DNA from: an uncultured Chloroflexia bacterium
GTDB taxonomy: Bacteria; Chloroflexota; Limnocylindria; Limnocylindrales; CSP1-4
DNA: 64,000 nt
Assembly: GCA_963746405.1 (NCBI GenBank)
Contig: CAVVAV010000003.1
Coordinates: forward strand, 933,589 to 997,588
Direction: 5' to 3'
Shown piece by piece: positions 41,491 to 51,225 of this stretch. The position numbers and the translations under genes are program-made. How positions within the stretch are numbered: position 1 is the first letter of the stretch; each line of letters begins with the position of its first letter. The notes beneath the pieces are model-generated. The model searched no databases and had not been told where the DNA came from. It saw nothing but the letters and a program-made list of their open reading frames with translations.

Positions 41491-42465
41491 ATGTCCGCGG
41501 CGACCCACCCGGTGATCACGGTCCCGGAGCTGGAACCGGCGGCCATCCGTTCCGCCCAAGGGCGGATCGACCCGGTCTTCACGAACTCCCCGCAGTACGT
41601 GCACGAGGCCCTCTCGGCGCGGCTGGGCGTCCCGGTGATCGTGAAGGTTGAGACGGTCAATCCCATCCGCTCGTTCAAGGGCCGCGGGACCTGGGTCGCC
41701 ATGGTGGGCCTGGTGGGGGAGGGGACCGTCGGACCCGAACGGGCCGTGGTCTGCGTCTCGGCCGGCAACTTCGGCCAGGGCGTCGCCTACGCCGCGCGCG
41801 CGATGGGGGTTCCGGCCGTGGTGTTCTGCTCGACCAGCGCGAACCGGGGCAAGGTCGCCCGGATGCGGGCGCTCGGCGCCACCGTCATCGAGGCCGGCGA
41901 CGATTTCGACGCCGCGCGTGGCACCTCCGAGGCCTACGCCGCCGAACACGGCGCCGTCCTGCTCGTCGACGGGGACGATGCGCGCATCTCGACCGGCGCC
42001 GCGACCCTCGCGCTCGAGGTGACCGACGGCGTGGCCGCCGGTTTCCTGCCGATGCCGACCCTGGCGGCCGTGCCGGTCGGCAACGGCGCGCTCATCAACG
42101 GCGTCGGGTCGTGGCTGCGCCACGCCGCGCCCGGGTGCCGGGTCGTGGGGATCCAGGCCGAGGCCGCGCCGGCGATGACCCTGTCCTGGCGGGCCGACCG
42201 GCCGATCGACACGGACAGTGCCGCCACGTATGCCGACGGCATCGCCTCGCGCGTGGCGATCCCATCCGCGGTCGAGCTCATGCGCGGCCGGGTCGACGAC
42301 ATGATCACGGTCTCCGAGGAGCAGCTCCGTGCCGCCCAGGGCGAGCTGACCGAGGAACTCGGCGTCACCGTCGAGGGGGCCGCCGCGGCCTCGTGGGCAG
42401 GGCTGCTGGCAGGGGAGCGGCCGACCGGGCCTGCCCTCCTCATCGTCACCGGCAGCAACGCCTGA
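41491..42465 (+). CDS. PLP-dependent threonine/serine dehydratase-like enzyme
   Basis: PLP-lysine motif NPIRSFKGRG; fold type II; no ACT domain. Confidence 0.8.
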   Translation: MSAATHPVITVPELEPAAIRSAQGRIDPVFTNSPQYVHEALSARLGVPVIVKVETVNPIRSFKGRGTWVAMVGLVGEGTVGPERAVVCVSAGNFGQGVAYAARAMGVPAVVFCSTSANRGKVARMRALGATVIEAGDDFDAARGTSEAYAAEHGAVLLVDGDDARISTGAATLALEVTDGVAAGFLPMPTLAAVPVGNGALINGVGSWLRHAAPGCRVVGIQAEAAPAMTLSWRADRPIDTDSAATYADGIASRVAIPSAVELMRGRVDDMITVSEEQLRAAQGELTEELGVTVEGAAAASWAGLLAGERPTGPALLIVTGSNA

Positions 42466-42490
42466 GCGGGCCGGTAGGGGAGGGGCCGCG

Positions 42491-43312
42491 ATGAGTGCCG
42501 CGCGTCGCTACCTGCCGAGCGACCCCGCCGATCTCGCCCGCTCGGCGGTGCCACTCGGGCTGCTCGTACTCGCGGCCGCGGTGCCGAGCCTGCGGGTGAT
42601 CGTCCTCGTGGCGCTCGTCGCCGGGACCGCGGTTGCAGTCGTCCGGGACGCGCCGGTGCGCTGGGCGTGGGCGGCGGCGGTGCCCGTCGCCCTGAGCCTG
42701 TTCTGGGGCGGGCTGCCGGCGCCGATGCCGGCGCCCGATGGGTCGGACTGTGCCAACCCGGCCTCCCCGGTCGCGACCTGGCGAGCCATCGAGGCAGTCG
42801 TGGTCCTGGTCGCGCTCGCCGGGCTGACCATGATCCTCGGCGCGACGGCCGGGTCGCTGTGGATCCGCTGGCCGGCGCGACGCTGGATCCCGTGGGCGCT
42901 CGCCGGCTTCCTCGTCACGGGCCCCGTCGCGCTGGTCGTGGGGCCGTACCTCGCACGGCCGTTCTTCGGCGATGTCGGCTACGCGTTCGTCGCGGCGGCC
43001 CTCGTGCCCGCGCTCGTGTTCGCGGTCGCGAACGGGGTGATGGAGGAGCTCATCTATCGCGGCGCCCTGCTGGGGTGGTCGGCCAGGGTGATGGGCCTGG
43101 GCCCGGCCCTCGTCGGCCAGGCGATCGTGTTCGGCGTGGCGCACTCAGGCTCGGACGTGCTGGGACTCCAGCTGCCGCTGATGGTCGCGCTCGGCGTGGG
43201 CGGCCTCCTGGCCGGTGTCATCACCGTGCGCACCCGCTCGCTGCTGATCCCGATCGCCATCCACATCGGGCTCGACATCCCGATCTACTTCGCGTTGGCC
43301 TGCGGGACATGA
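42491..43312 (+). CDS. CPBP family intramembrane glutamic endopeptidase (CAAX protease-like)
   Basis: EELIYRG (EExxxR) and FGVAHS (FxxxH) motifs; polytopic. Confidence 0.8.
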   Translation: MSAARRYLPSDPADLARSAVPLGLLVLAAAVPSLRVIVLVALVAGTAVAVVRDAPVRWAWAAAVPVALSLFWGGLPAPMPAPDGSDCANPASPVATWRAIEAVVVLVALAGLTMILGATAGSLWIRWPARRWIPWALAGFLVTGPVALVVGPYLARPFFGDVGYAFVAAALVPALVFAVANGVMEELIYRGALLGWSARVMGLGPALVGQAIVFGVAHSGSDVLGLQLPLMVALGVGGLLAGVITVRTRSLLIPIAIHIGLDIPIYFALACGT

Positions 43313-43317
43313 AATGG

Positions 43318-43343
43318 ACGGGTGGGGGAGTGGCCCCACCCGT
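43318..43343. terminator. Bidirectional hairpin ACGGGTGGGG-gagtgg-CCCCACCCGT between convergent genes
   Basis: Perfect 10-bp inverted repeat. Confidence 0.45.
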
Positions 43344-43360
43344 CCTGTGGTGCCGCGGGA

Positions 43361-44794
43361 TCAGCGCACGGCGACCCGGAGGTTGCCGTACGGGAACGAC
43401 TCGGGGAAGCCGCCGATCTGCACGTAGTACGACGTGCCGGCCACCGTGTCGAACGTCACCGCCGACTGCAGGCTGCGACCCACCGGCACGACCGGGACAT
43501 CATCCACGCACGCACCTGGGACCGGCGTGAAGGCGCCGCCGCTGGACGTGTACACCGCGATGACGGTGTCGTAGTCACTGCCGGCGGTGTCGATCGTCAC
43601 GGGCGAACCCGTGCCGACGATCCGGTACCAGACCGTGTGCCCGACGGGGACCTCGAACACCTCGCCGTTCTCCTCGAAGGTCAGGCATTCGTACGGTGCC
43701 TCGCGGTTCGGCGACGCGCCCTTGGTCGCGACCGAGGTCTTCGAGCCGACCGTGAGCAGCTTCGCCCCGCTCGGCAGGTCGTTGGCCGGGACCTTGCCAC
43801 CGGGCTTGGGGCCCCTCGGGAAGGTGGTGATCTCCTTGCCCTTGGCGTCCACGCCGATGCAGGCGCCGAGGTCGAAGACCATGGTGCCGAGCCTGAGCGT
43901 TCCCTCCAGGTCGACGGTCGTGCCGCGCACGACGACCCGGGTCGTCGAGTTGCGGATCATGTAGTCGAATCGCTCGCCGGCGCCGACGATCTCGACGTGG
44001 ATGGAACCCCCGGCGGGGATCGGCTCGCCGGTCTCCGGGTCGAACGTCTCGAGCGGTGCGTCGAACACGTTGCCGACCAAGGTACCGAAGCCGAATGCCG
44101 CGATCTCCTGGGTGCCGTCGGCCGACGTGCCGAAAGCGTCGACGAACACCTCACTCTCGTTCAGGCTGGCGAACAGGAAGCCCGTCTCACCAGCGGCATT
44201 GGTCAATTCACAGCTCACGCTGCGGTCCGAGAAGTGGCGAACGATCGAGTTCGGGTTCGTCGTGAAGACGCTGACGGTGGTCGCGTCCGCGAAGCATTCG
44301 TCGAGCGAGAATGTCGAGGTGCCGATCGTGAGGGTGCCGCTCGGGTCCATCGGCTGCGTGACACCGCTGAACCGCTCCCGGCGGTTGCCGTCCTTGAAGG
44401 TGTCGTCGAACGGGATCGGGTCGCCCGCTGGGGTGAGGGTCGCGTTGAACGCGGCGACGCCGGCGGGGTCTCCGTTGCCGTCGATGAGCGGGATGGATCC
44501 CTGGAGGGCTGTGCCGTTCCAGGTGACGACGGGCGCCTGCCCGAAGTCCCGGAACCGGTCGGGGTTGCCGTCCGGCTCGTTGGTCGTCCAGTAGTCGACG
44601 AACGCGTCTGGCCCGAACTGCTGGGACGTGACGGCGCCGAAGAACACGAAGCCACTGCCCGCAGTGGCGGCCATGCCGTCGCAATTGATGCCGACCGTGC
44701 GGTCGGTGTAGCGCGTCGGGCGCGCCGCCGATGCCGTGGCGGGCAGTGTCGCGAGGATCGCGAGCGCAGCCACGATCGCCAAGAGCCGTCTCAT
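43361..44794 (-). CDS. Secreted protein with C-terminal PPC-like beta-sandwich domain, hypothetical
   Basis: Start MRRLLAIVAALAILATLPATASA after GGGAGGGA; C-term SDYDTVIAVY...YYVQIGGF resembles pre-peptidase C-terminal domain. Confidence 0.6.
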   Translation of the reverse strand: MRRLLAIVAALAILATLPATASAARPTRYTDRTVGINCDGMAATAGSGFVFFGAVTSQQFGPDAFVDYWTTNEPDGNPDRFRDFGQAPVVTWNGTALQGSIPLIDGNGDPAGVAAFNATLTPAGDPIPFDDTFKDGNRRERFSGVTQPMDPSGTLTIGTSTFSLDECFADATTVSVFTTNPNSIVRHFSDRSVSCELTNAAGETGFLFASLNESEVFVDAFGTSADGTQEIAAFGFGTLVGNVFDAPLETFDPETGEPIPAGGSIHVEIVGAGERFDYMIRNSTTRVVVRGTTVDLEGTLRLGTMVFDLGACIGVDAKGKEITTFPRGPKPGGKVPANDLPSGAKLLTVGSKTSVATKGASPNREAPYECLTFEENGEVFEVPVGHTVWYRIVGTGSPVTIDTAGSDYDTVIAVYTSSGGAFTPVPGACVDDVPVVPVGRSLQSAVTFDTVAGTSYYVQIGGFPESFPYGNLRVAVR

Positions 44795-45012
44795 CCGTGT
44801 CCCTCCCTCGCCCCGGACGCGGCCTGCCGCCGCATCCTGCGGGGCGCTCCCTCCTGTCGGCGCGCGTGCTGGGGGTCCAACGCAGCGCCCTGACCGGGCA
44901 AGTCTAGGCATCCGCGTAGCGGTTGCAAGGCCCGGTTTCGCGGAGGCGGACTGCCGGTCGCCGCGCCCCGCGGGCTTGACGGGTTCGGGGCGTGTTGTAG
45001 TATGCAACAACG

Positions 45013-45264
45013 ATGCTGACCGTGCCTGAGGCCGCGCGACGCGCAGGGCGCAATCCGGAGACCATCCGACGATGGATCCGTGAGGGCAAACTGCGCGCCC
45101 GCAAGGTCGGGACGCAGCATGTCCTCGAGGAGGCCGACCTCGCTGAAGTACTCGGAGCGTTCGAGGATACGGTCGAGCTGCCGCCCGAATGGCAGCGAAC
45201 CTTCTGGGGCGGTGCCATGCCGGACGTCGTCGCGGCCGTCCGACGGTCTCGCGCGGGACACTGA
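45013..45264 (+). CDS. Antitoxin, excisionase/MerR-like HTH (VapB-like)
   Basis: MLTVPEAARRAGRNPETIRRWIREGKL HTH; 83 aa; adjacent to PIN toxin gene. Confidence 0.7.
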   Translation: MLTVPEAARRAGRNPETIRRWIREGKLRARKVGTQHVLEEADLAEVLGAFEDTVELPPEWQRTFWGGAMPDVVAAVRRSRAGH

Positions 45265-45265
45265 C

Positions 45266-45670
45266 GTGCTGCTGGTCGTGGATGCCAGCGTGATCGTCCA
45301 GGTCAGCCTCGCGGGCGGCTCGTTGGGGCCGCTCGAGGATCACGACCTCATCGCCCCGACGCTGTTGGCATCGGAGGTCACCTCGGTCCTGTGCGAGATG
45401 ACGCACCGCGGTGAGGTTCCGCATGACCACGCGCGCGTGGCCGTTGGGAGGCTGGAGAGCCTGCCGATCCGCTACGAGCGTCCGGACGGCCTTGCGGAGC
45501 GCGCATGGGACCTCGCGCGATCCCTCGGATGGGCCAAGACGTACGACGCCGAGTACCTCGCCCTGGCGCTCATCAATGAGGCGCCGCTCATCACGATCGA
45601 CGAACGCATGCGACGCGGGGCGGGCCACGTCGTGTCGATGCCGAGTCCGACCGAGCTCGCGGCGATCTGA
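45266..45670 (+). CDS. vapC: PIN-domain toxin VapC
   Basis: LLVVDASVIV (first Asp), later acidic residues; GTG 2 nt after antitoxin stop. Confidence 0.7.
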   Translation: MLLVVDASVIVQVSLAGGSLGPLEDHDLIAPTLLASEVTSVLCEMTHRGEVPHDHARVAVGRLESLPIRYERPDGLAERAWDLARSLGWAKTYDAEYLALALINEAPLITIDERMRRGAGHVVSMPSPTELAAI

Positions 45671-45745
45671 TGGAGGGTGGGGGAGGGGTGCCGTCGCCAC
45701 GACGCTGAGCCCTGCGAGGGAGTCACGCTGCGCTACGCTGCGACG

Positions 45746-46510
45746 GTGACCGCAGTCTCGTTCGCCGTCGAGGGTCGGGTCGCGCTCGTGACCGGCGCGA
45801 CCGGTGGCATCGGCGCCGACCTGGCCATGGCGTTCGCCGAGGCCGGCGCACGGGTGGGCGTCGCCGGGCGGGCGGGGGAGCGCGTCGACGCCGTCGTCCG
45901 CGCCATCCGCGCTACGGGTGGGGAAGCCTCCCCCGTCGAGCTCGATCTGACCGACCGGGCGTCGATCGAACGCGCCGTCGCGCAGGTTGTCGACACATTC
46001 GGCCGGCTCGACATCCTGGTCAACAACGCCGGGCTCGGGACAAACCACGATGCGATCGACGCGACCGAGGCCGAGTGGGACGAGCTCTTCGCGGTCAACG
46101 TGCGTGGGCTGTTCTTCGCCTCGCAGTCGGCCGCCCGAGTGATGCTGCCGCAGGGCTCTGGACGCATCATCAACATGGCGTCACAGGCGGGCCTCGTGGG
46201 CATCCCGCGCCACGCGGCCTATTCGGCAAGCAAGGCGGCGGTGATCGGCCTGACGCGCGTGCTGGCGCTCGAATGGTCGCCGCACGGCGTGACGGTCAAC
46301 GCCGTCGCCCCGACCTGGGTCTACACGCCCGGGACGGCGGAGCGCCTGGACGATCCGGCGTTCCTCGCGTCGGTCCTGGAACGGATCCCGGCTGGCCGGG
46401 TCGCGACAACGGCCGATGTCGCTGCCGCGGTGCTGTATCTGGCCTCGCCGGCGGCAGGGATGGTCACAGGGACCGTCCTGACGGTCGACGGCGGCTGGAC
46501 GGCGCGGTAG
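45746..46510 (+). CDS. SDR family oxidoreductase
   Basis: VTGATGGIG, NNAG, YxxxK (YSASK); alt ATG start 45677. Confidence 0.85.
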   Translation: MTAVSFAVEGRVALVTGATGGIGADLAMAFAEAGARVGVAGRAGERVDAVVRAIRATGGEASPVELDLTDRASIERAVAQVVDTFGRLDILVNNAGLGTNHDAIDATEAEWDELFAVNVRGLFFASQSAARVMLPQGSGRIINMASQAGLVGIPRHAAYSASKAAVIGLTRVLALEWSPHGVTVNAVAPTWVYTPGTAERLDDPAFLASVLERIPAGRVATTADVAAAVLYLASPAAGMVTGTVLTVDGGWTAR

Positions 46511-46539
46511 AGCGGCCATCCAGGCCCTGCGAAGGCTCT

Positions 46540-47289
46540 CTAACCACTTCCGATAAGGTGAGTTATGTCTGACTGGGGACGGAGATGGTCCGCGGCGGAT
46601 TCATGAACTCGAGACGACCCTATTCTGTGCTTTGGGGTCTCGCCCAGCCGATCGATTAGGGCGTTGAGGCCGCCGGTAAGCCCGAGAGACGCAATCCCTA
46701 AGATGGCCAACAGGACCGCGACGAGCGTCCATCGCCGCGCGGTAAATAGGTCTTGCGCCACACGGGATCCGCTCAGGTACGCGGATTGGGTAGCGCGGCG
46801 TAGTGCCTCAGCTGCGGCGGCTTGGAGCGACGCCTCGGTTGGCTCCTCGTTACGAAGCGACCGCGCGAGGATTCCGAGGCGATCGAGACTTATGCCGCCC
46901 GATTCGGTCAATCCGCTCGCGAGCGACGCTATTGCAATCGCAATCGCCAGACTAACGTCTGCAAGCAGCAAGATGACGAGTGGCGTCCAATCCCAAAGGC
47001 TCGCATATGGCGCAGGGATCACGACTGCCGTAGCACCAAGCGCGAACGGAACCAACGCAAGGAGAAGCGTGAGATGGGTTGAGACCTTGGACTGGAGGCT
47101 ATCAACAGCCCCATCGGCTAGCTCCAGGCTCTTAATCGCGAGCTCTAGGGCTACCTCGCTTCGCCGCTCATCCCCTGCCGCGTCGCGAATCCACTCTGGT
47201 GGCGGTGTTGCCGGAAGTCGCTCAAGCCCTTCAGCGGTTCGTGCATCGCCTGCGATGAATGCGACAAATCGGCGGAGCGTCCCGGCCAC
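46540..47289 (-). CDS. Membrane protein (3 predicted TM), hypothetical, low-GC island
   Basis: GTG start abuts ATP-grasp stop (TAAGTG); hydrophobic segments. Confidence 0.55.
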   Translation of the reverse strand: MAGTLRRFVAFIAGDARTAEGLERLPATPPPEWIRDAAGDERRSEVALELAIKSLELADGAVDSLQSKVSTHLTLLLALVPFALGATAVVIPAPYASLWDWTPLVILLLADVSLAIAIAIASLASGLTESGGISLDRLGILARSLRNEEPTEASLQAAAAEALRRATQSAYLSGSRVAQDLFTARRWTLVAVLLAILGIASLGLTGGLNALIDRLGETPKHRIGSSRVHESAADHLRPQSDITHLIGSG

Positions 47290-48219
47290 TTAACGAGTCC
47301 TCGTTAGCGCTCTAGCGAGTGCTTCCGTGATCCGTCCGTTATATGTATCGTCGAGAAAGAGCCACTGTCCGTTTGGATTCGCTTCGAGAAATACGCTCTC
47401 GCCGCTGCGGCTCACAATCCAGTCTTGGGATGAATACCCGAGCCCGAGGGCGCTCGCCACACGCAGCGCATCGTCGGCAACTCTTGGATGGGCACCATCG
47501 GCCACGACAAAGCGTTGATGATTCTCGGTCTTGAGCCGCCAATCGAGATCCTCGGTGGTTAACGCGGCTACGAAAGCCGCGCGTTCGACTGTTACCACGC
47601 GTAGGTGTGTGGATGCCTCCATGAGCTCTTGCAGGATTACTGGTACTCCGCCGAGGTCACGAAGCTGCTCAGGCCCGACCTCCGTTGTGAACGCGACCCT
47701 GGGAGGATCGTTCGAGACCAGCCCGTAGCGAATTGGCTTAACCACAACGCGACCATGATCGCGAACAAATCGCCGTGCGCGCCGTGCGTCTGACGTAACA
47801 ATTGTCTTGGGAATTCGAAGCCCGAGTGAGTTGGCAACCGCGAGCTGGTAGCCCTTTACCTCTGACCGCTGCAAGACGTGCGGAGGGGTGAGCCAGTCCA
47901 CAGTCGTGTGGGCCGCGAACATCAGCGTTTCGCGCCACTCTTGAATGACAAACTCGGAATACAGACTGTCAACGTCGTCGACTACCACGCGACCGGGCCG
48001 CCTCCAGAACCCGCGCGTTGTAGCGTCTATGAGATGTCGGTTCCCAACGATCCAGTGGGGTGGATCAGGCGTCCAATAGAAAGACGCGGAAGCCAACGTA
48101 TCCCTGGACAACCGAATCGTTCGAGCGCCTAGGCGAAAGAGGGCCTGCTCAAGCGCGTCGCCATGTTCATCCGAGGGGGCCGATACTAGGAGGACTTCAG
48201 CCCCAGCTGGGCTCGTCAT
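47290..48219 (-). CDS. ATP-grasp enzyme, RiPP-maturase-like (graspetide/microviridin-type)
   Basis: 309 aa; LDWR and FLEANPNGQWLFLD motifs recalled from MdnC/ATP-grasp ribosomal peptide maturase families; low GC. Confidence 0.65.
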   Translation of the reverse strand: MTSPAGAEVLLVSAPSDEHGDALEQALFRLGARTIRLSRDTLASASFYWTPDPPHWIVGNRHLIDATTRGFWRRPGRVVVDDVDSLYSEFVIQEWRETLMFAAHTTVDWLTPPHVLQRSEVKGYQLAVANSLGLRIPKTIVTSDARRARRFVRDHGRVVVKPIRYGLVSNDPPRVAFTTEVGPEQLRDLGGVPVILQELMEASTHLRVVTVERAAFVAALTTEDLDWRLKTENHQRFVVADGAHPRVADDALRVASALGLGYSSQDWIVSRSGESVFLEANPNGQWLFLDDTYNGRITEALARALTRTR

Positions 48220-48436
48220 CAGTCGTCTCAGGAGGCTGGCTCCTGGTCAATCTCGTACCGCCAGGGACCTCGCCAGGAACTGATCTAGCAACCCTAGCCA
48301 GCAATGGGAGTCCTCCTCCCACGACTAGGTCAATCGCTGTCAGCCCGGGGTCATCCGATGTCTCGGCTGTCTTGGTGAAGACGGTTTGGCCTTCCGCGTG
48401 GCCTTGGACCTCAACTGAGATCTTTTCGAGGATCAT
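48197..48436 (-). CDS. Candidate precursor peptide/small ORF upstream of ATP-grasp
   Basis: Only ORF in the 345-nt gap; G-rich SD upstream; MILEKISVEVQGHAEGQTVFTKTAETSDDPGL rich in T/S/K and D/E; 3' part rare-codon, may be non-coding. Confidence 0.25.
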   Translation of the reverse strand: MILEKISVEVQGHAEGQTVFTKTAETSDDPGLTAIDLVVGGGLPLLARVARSVPGEVPGGTRLTRSQPPETTDDEPSWG

Positions 48437-48565
48437 GTGTCGCACTCCCGTGCTCCCTCCCCCGTCGCCGGCAGCGTCGGGCCGTCAATCCAGAGTCTAT
48501 CGACCGAACAGTCGGTTTGTACACACTCGCCACTCTGCTCGTGACTGATCCAATACGAATTGCAG

Positions 48566-50888
48566 CTAGGCGAGGTAGGAGCGGACTCTTCCGGGTGCGT
48601 ATAGAAAGCGATCAATCGACGCCGATACGTTGTAGTAGTACGGCGGATGCTCGATGTAGTTCGCCAGAAGCGCCTCGAGGAACGCGGGATCAGCGCGCTG
48701 GGTGATGACAGCCACGGCCGCGACCCGGATTTGTGCACTCTCGCTGTGGAGGAGCGCCTCGAACTCTGAGATAGGCACGTTGCCGTCGGCGCCTAGCGCC
48801 TGAACCGCCGCGTGGACAAGCTCTGCGTCGGCGCTCCCCAGGAGCGAACGCGCAAACTCCGTGCCCCCAAGCCGAAGACTCGCTGCGGTCAATGCTTCAC
48901 GCTCTTCGTCCATCGTGAGCCTCGCGGACTCTGCGAGCAACGGCGCATCACGACGCTCTCCAACCAATGCTAGGGCGGTTGCCACGTCAGCCTTCGCGGA
49001 CCGATTGATGTGCTCCAGGGCCTGTCGGATGAGGTCAATGTCGTCGGCGCCTCGCACGTCGGGGGAAAGCCGAGCGAGCAATTGCGCGGCGGCATTAGTT
49101 CGGCGCCCGTAGAGATAGCCGAACACGCTCTTCTCACCAGCCAGCGCCGGTAGCTCCGCAGCCGCCGAAGAGGCCCACTCATCCTCTGTCTGGGACAGGA
49201 GTTGGCGCGCTTCGTCCGCCATCGACTCGCCGTCCAGCCACGTCAAGGCCTCCCATGCCTCGTGATCAAGCGCCGACCCAGCGGACCGACGCAACTCATC
49301 AAGGGGGATGCTCATTGCCATTAGGCGCGGCCTGAGCGCGGTCGCCCATGGGCTTCGTTCATCGACGAGCCGATCCAAAAGCTGTTGTGCCAAGACTCTC
49401 CGAGCGTCGACGTAGTCCAGGACAAGGTTGGTCAGGTCGGAACTCGCGTCGTCCACCGCGTTGGCAAGCTGATCAACACTACAATTCCCCCGGTTCAGCA
49501 ACTCAACCAGCGCTGCCCGTCGCAACGGAGTCTTTATGCGCCGCTTGATCAGGTTCGCGAGATCGACGTCGTCCAGCAGGGCGACGTCCCGCTGGAGGAG
49601 TTCGCGAGCCCATGGCCTAATGTCGTATCTGTCGCCGATCGCAACGGCCACAAGTGGACTGTGGTCGCCTTGAAAGGCTGCTCTAAGCGCTTGGACATCC
49701 GCGGTGCCGACGTCGTCGGGTGCCCCCTCGACGATTGCACGCAATAGCCCCTCGTCATGCCGCTCGGCCAGACCTGCCAAGTACTTGGTTGCGTTCATCG
49801 AGCGCAATGGATCGGCAAGCAGCTTCACCCATCGCTCGGCCTTTTCGGCCAGTTCTGATTGCGTCGTTTCGTCGTTCGCCCAAAGGTCGCGCGGTCGCAC
49901 GGACATGATGTTGAGCAGACGCAGCGCGCCCCGCGCCGCGGTCAAGTCGTCGCCTTGGGCCATCGCCGCGAGCCGCCTCTCCAAATCGGCTTCTCCGACA
50001 ATTGCCCAACCCGGCACGACCAATTCTGCGACGTCCTCGGACGCGAAATCTGTCGCGAGTGTCTTGAGCCACTGCTCGGCTTCGCCCACGATCAACGAGA
50101 TCTCTGCATGACGACGGTACAGACGGTTCACCACGTGGGTGGGCAAGGCGTCCCCGTTGCCAATTGCGATCGAGAATAGAAGTAGGCGGTCAGGATCAAG
50201 CGAGGTGGAGGGTCGGTCACCGGCGACGACGCGTCGGAATCCATCGAGAACGTCTGTGATCTGTTCCTGTGCTGATCTGCGCTCGCTGTCGGGGTCCTCC
50301 TCTTGCGAACTGGTCGGACGCCCTGCGGCGGAATCGCCGGAGTCGGCAGGGGCGGCCGTAGGTCCGGGAGCGGTCCGGCCTTCCGTCACGGCGCGATCTG
50401 TGACCACGCCCACGAGGTACGCGACGAGCTGTCTATCTAGATCAGGAAGCGAATCGAACTCGCGATACAACGCAAGCTGCTCGTCGCGGATTCGTCCCCG
50501 AAACTCAAGCACACGCTGCAGCCTGCGGACCGGCGTCAGCCTCCTCGCCTTCGAGAAGGCGTTTGAAGAAGAGTCCAATAGCCGGGGTGTGCGCCGTGGC
50601 TCGCCTTCCGACGACTCGTTCGAACTCTTCGGCGAAACCGGAATCGTTAGCCCCGGTATTGGACCCCCACCGTCGGTGAAGTAGCCCGACAAAGATGTCG
50701 CAAGAATCCACCAACGGGTTGATCAGGTCCTGTGGACGACCGAGGTCCGGGGCAACTCGCTCCCAACCGGTTACGCGAATTCGAACGCCCAGACTGACGC
50801 CGCACATTTCCACGACGCGGTCCGCCACAACGCGCACCAAAGCGCGTTCCTCGGGAAGATCACCTGGTGAAGCGATGAATAGTTCCAA
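48566..50888 (-). pseudogene. DUF4062 N-domain + HEAT/ARM-like repeat protein, frameshift near 50533
   Basis: N-term MELFIASPGDLPEER (DUF4062-like, ORF 50505..50888) continues in other frame into 708-aa ORF with C-terminal HEAT-like repeats. Confidence 0.55.
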
Positions 50889-50934
50889 CTCAATTGCCTC
50901 GGTGACCAGCGTTCATCCTCCTACACCCACGGCC

Positions 50935-51225
50935 CTAATCGAGGTTGGCTAGTCCGTTTCCCGATGGCGTTGTCTTATCTTCGGGCCTCGTCGTGGTCGC
51001 TAGCTCTGGCCACAATCGTCTTTGGAATCCGCTTTCGGCTGGCAGCGCGAGATGGCCATCTTGTCGTCCCTCCTTCGCGCTCGTCCTGAAGTCGCACTTG
51101 GGAAGCCCGGGCCCAGCCGGCCCCACCGTACCTGGGGTTCCAGGCGGGTCGGAGCAGGGCCAGCAGAAACCGGCGACGAGTCGAGCGGACACGCCGGTCG
51201 CCGCCTGGGCCGCGAAACCGATCAC
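50935..51225 (-). pseudogene. Relic fragment of DUF2075-like gene
   Basis: AAQAATGVSARLVAGFCWPCSDP...KCDFRTSAKEG vs AQAATGATARLVAGFCWPWSDP...KSDFWASAKEG in 52553..54478; ~70-nt DNA identity; high-GC patch. Confidence 0.6.
51147..51214. repeat. ~70-bp dispersed repeat copy A (matches 53042..53110)
   Basis: CAGGGCCAGCAGAA(A/G)CCGGCGACGAGTCGAGCGG...GCCGCCTGGGC shared. Confidence 0.7.

Noticed and set aside
43322-44893. 523-aa plus ORF antisense to the secreted PPC protein
   Set aside because: Antisense artefact.
43361-46048. Upstream 418 aa of the 895-aa minus ORF
   Set aside because: Runs antisense through vapBC and the SDR start; the genuine gene starts at MRRLL (44794) with an SD.
48433-48738. 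101-aa minus ORF spanning the end of the DUF4062 gene
   Set aside because: Overlaps the C-terminus of the 708-aa frame in another frame; no coding signature.
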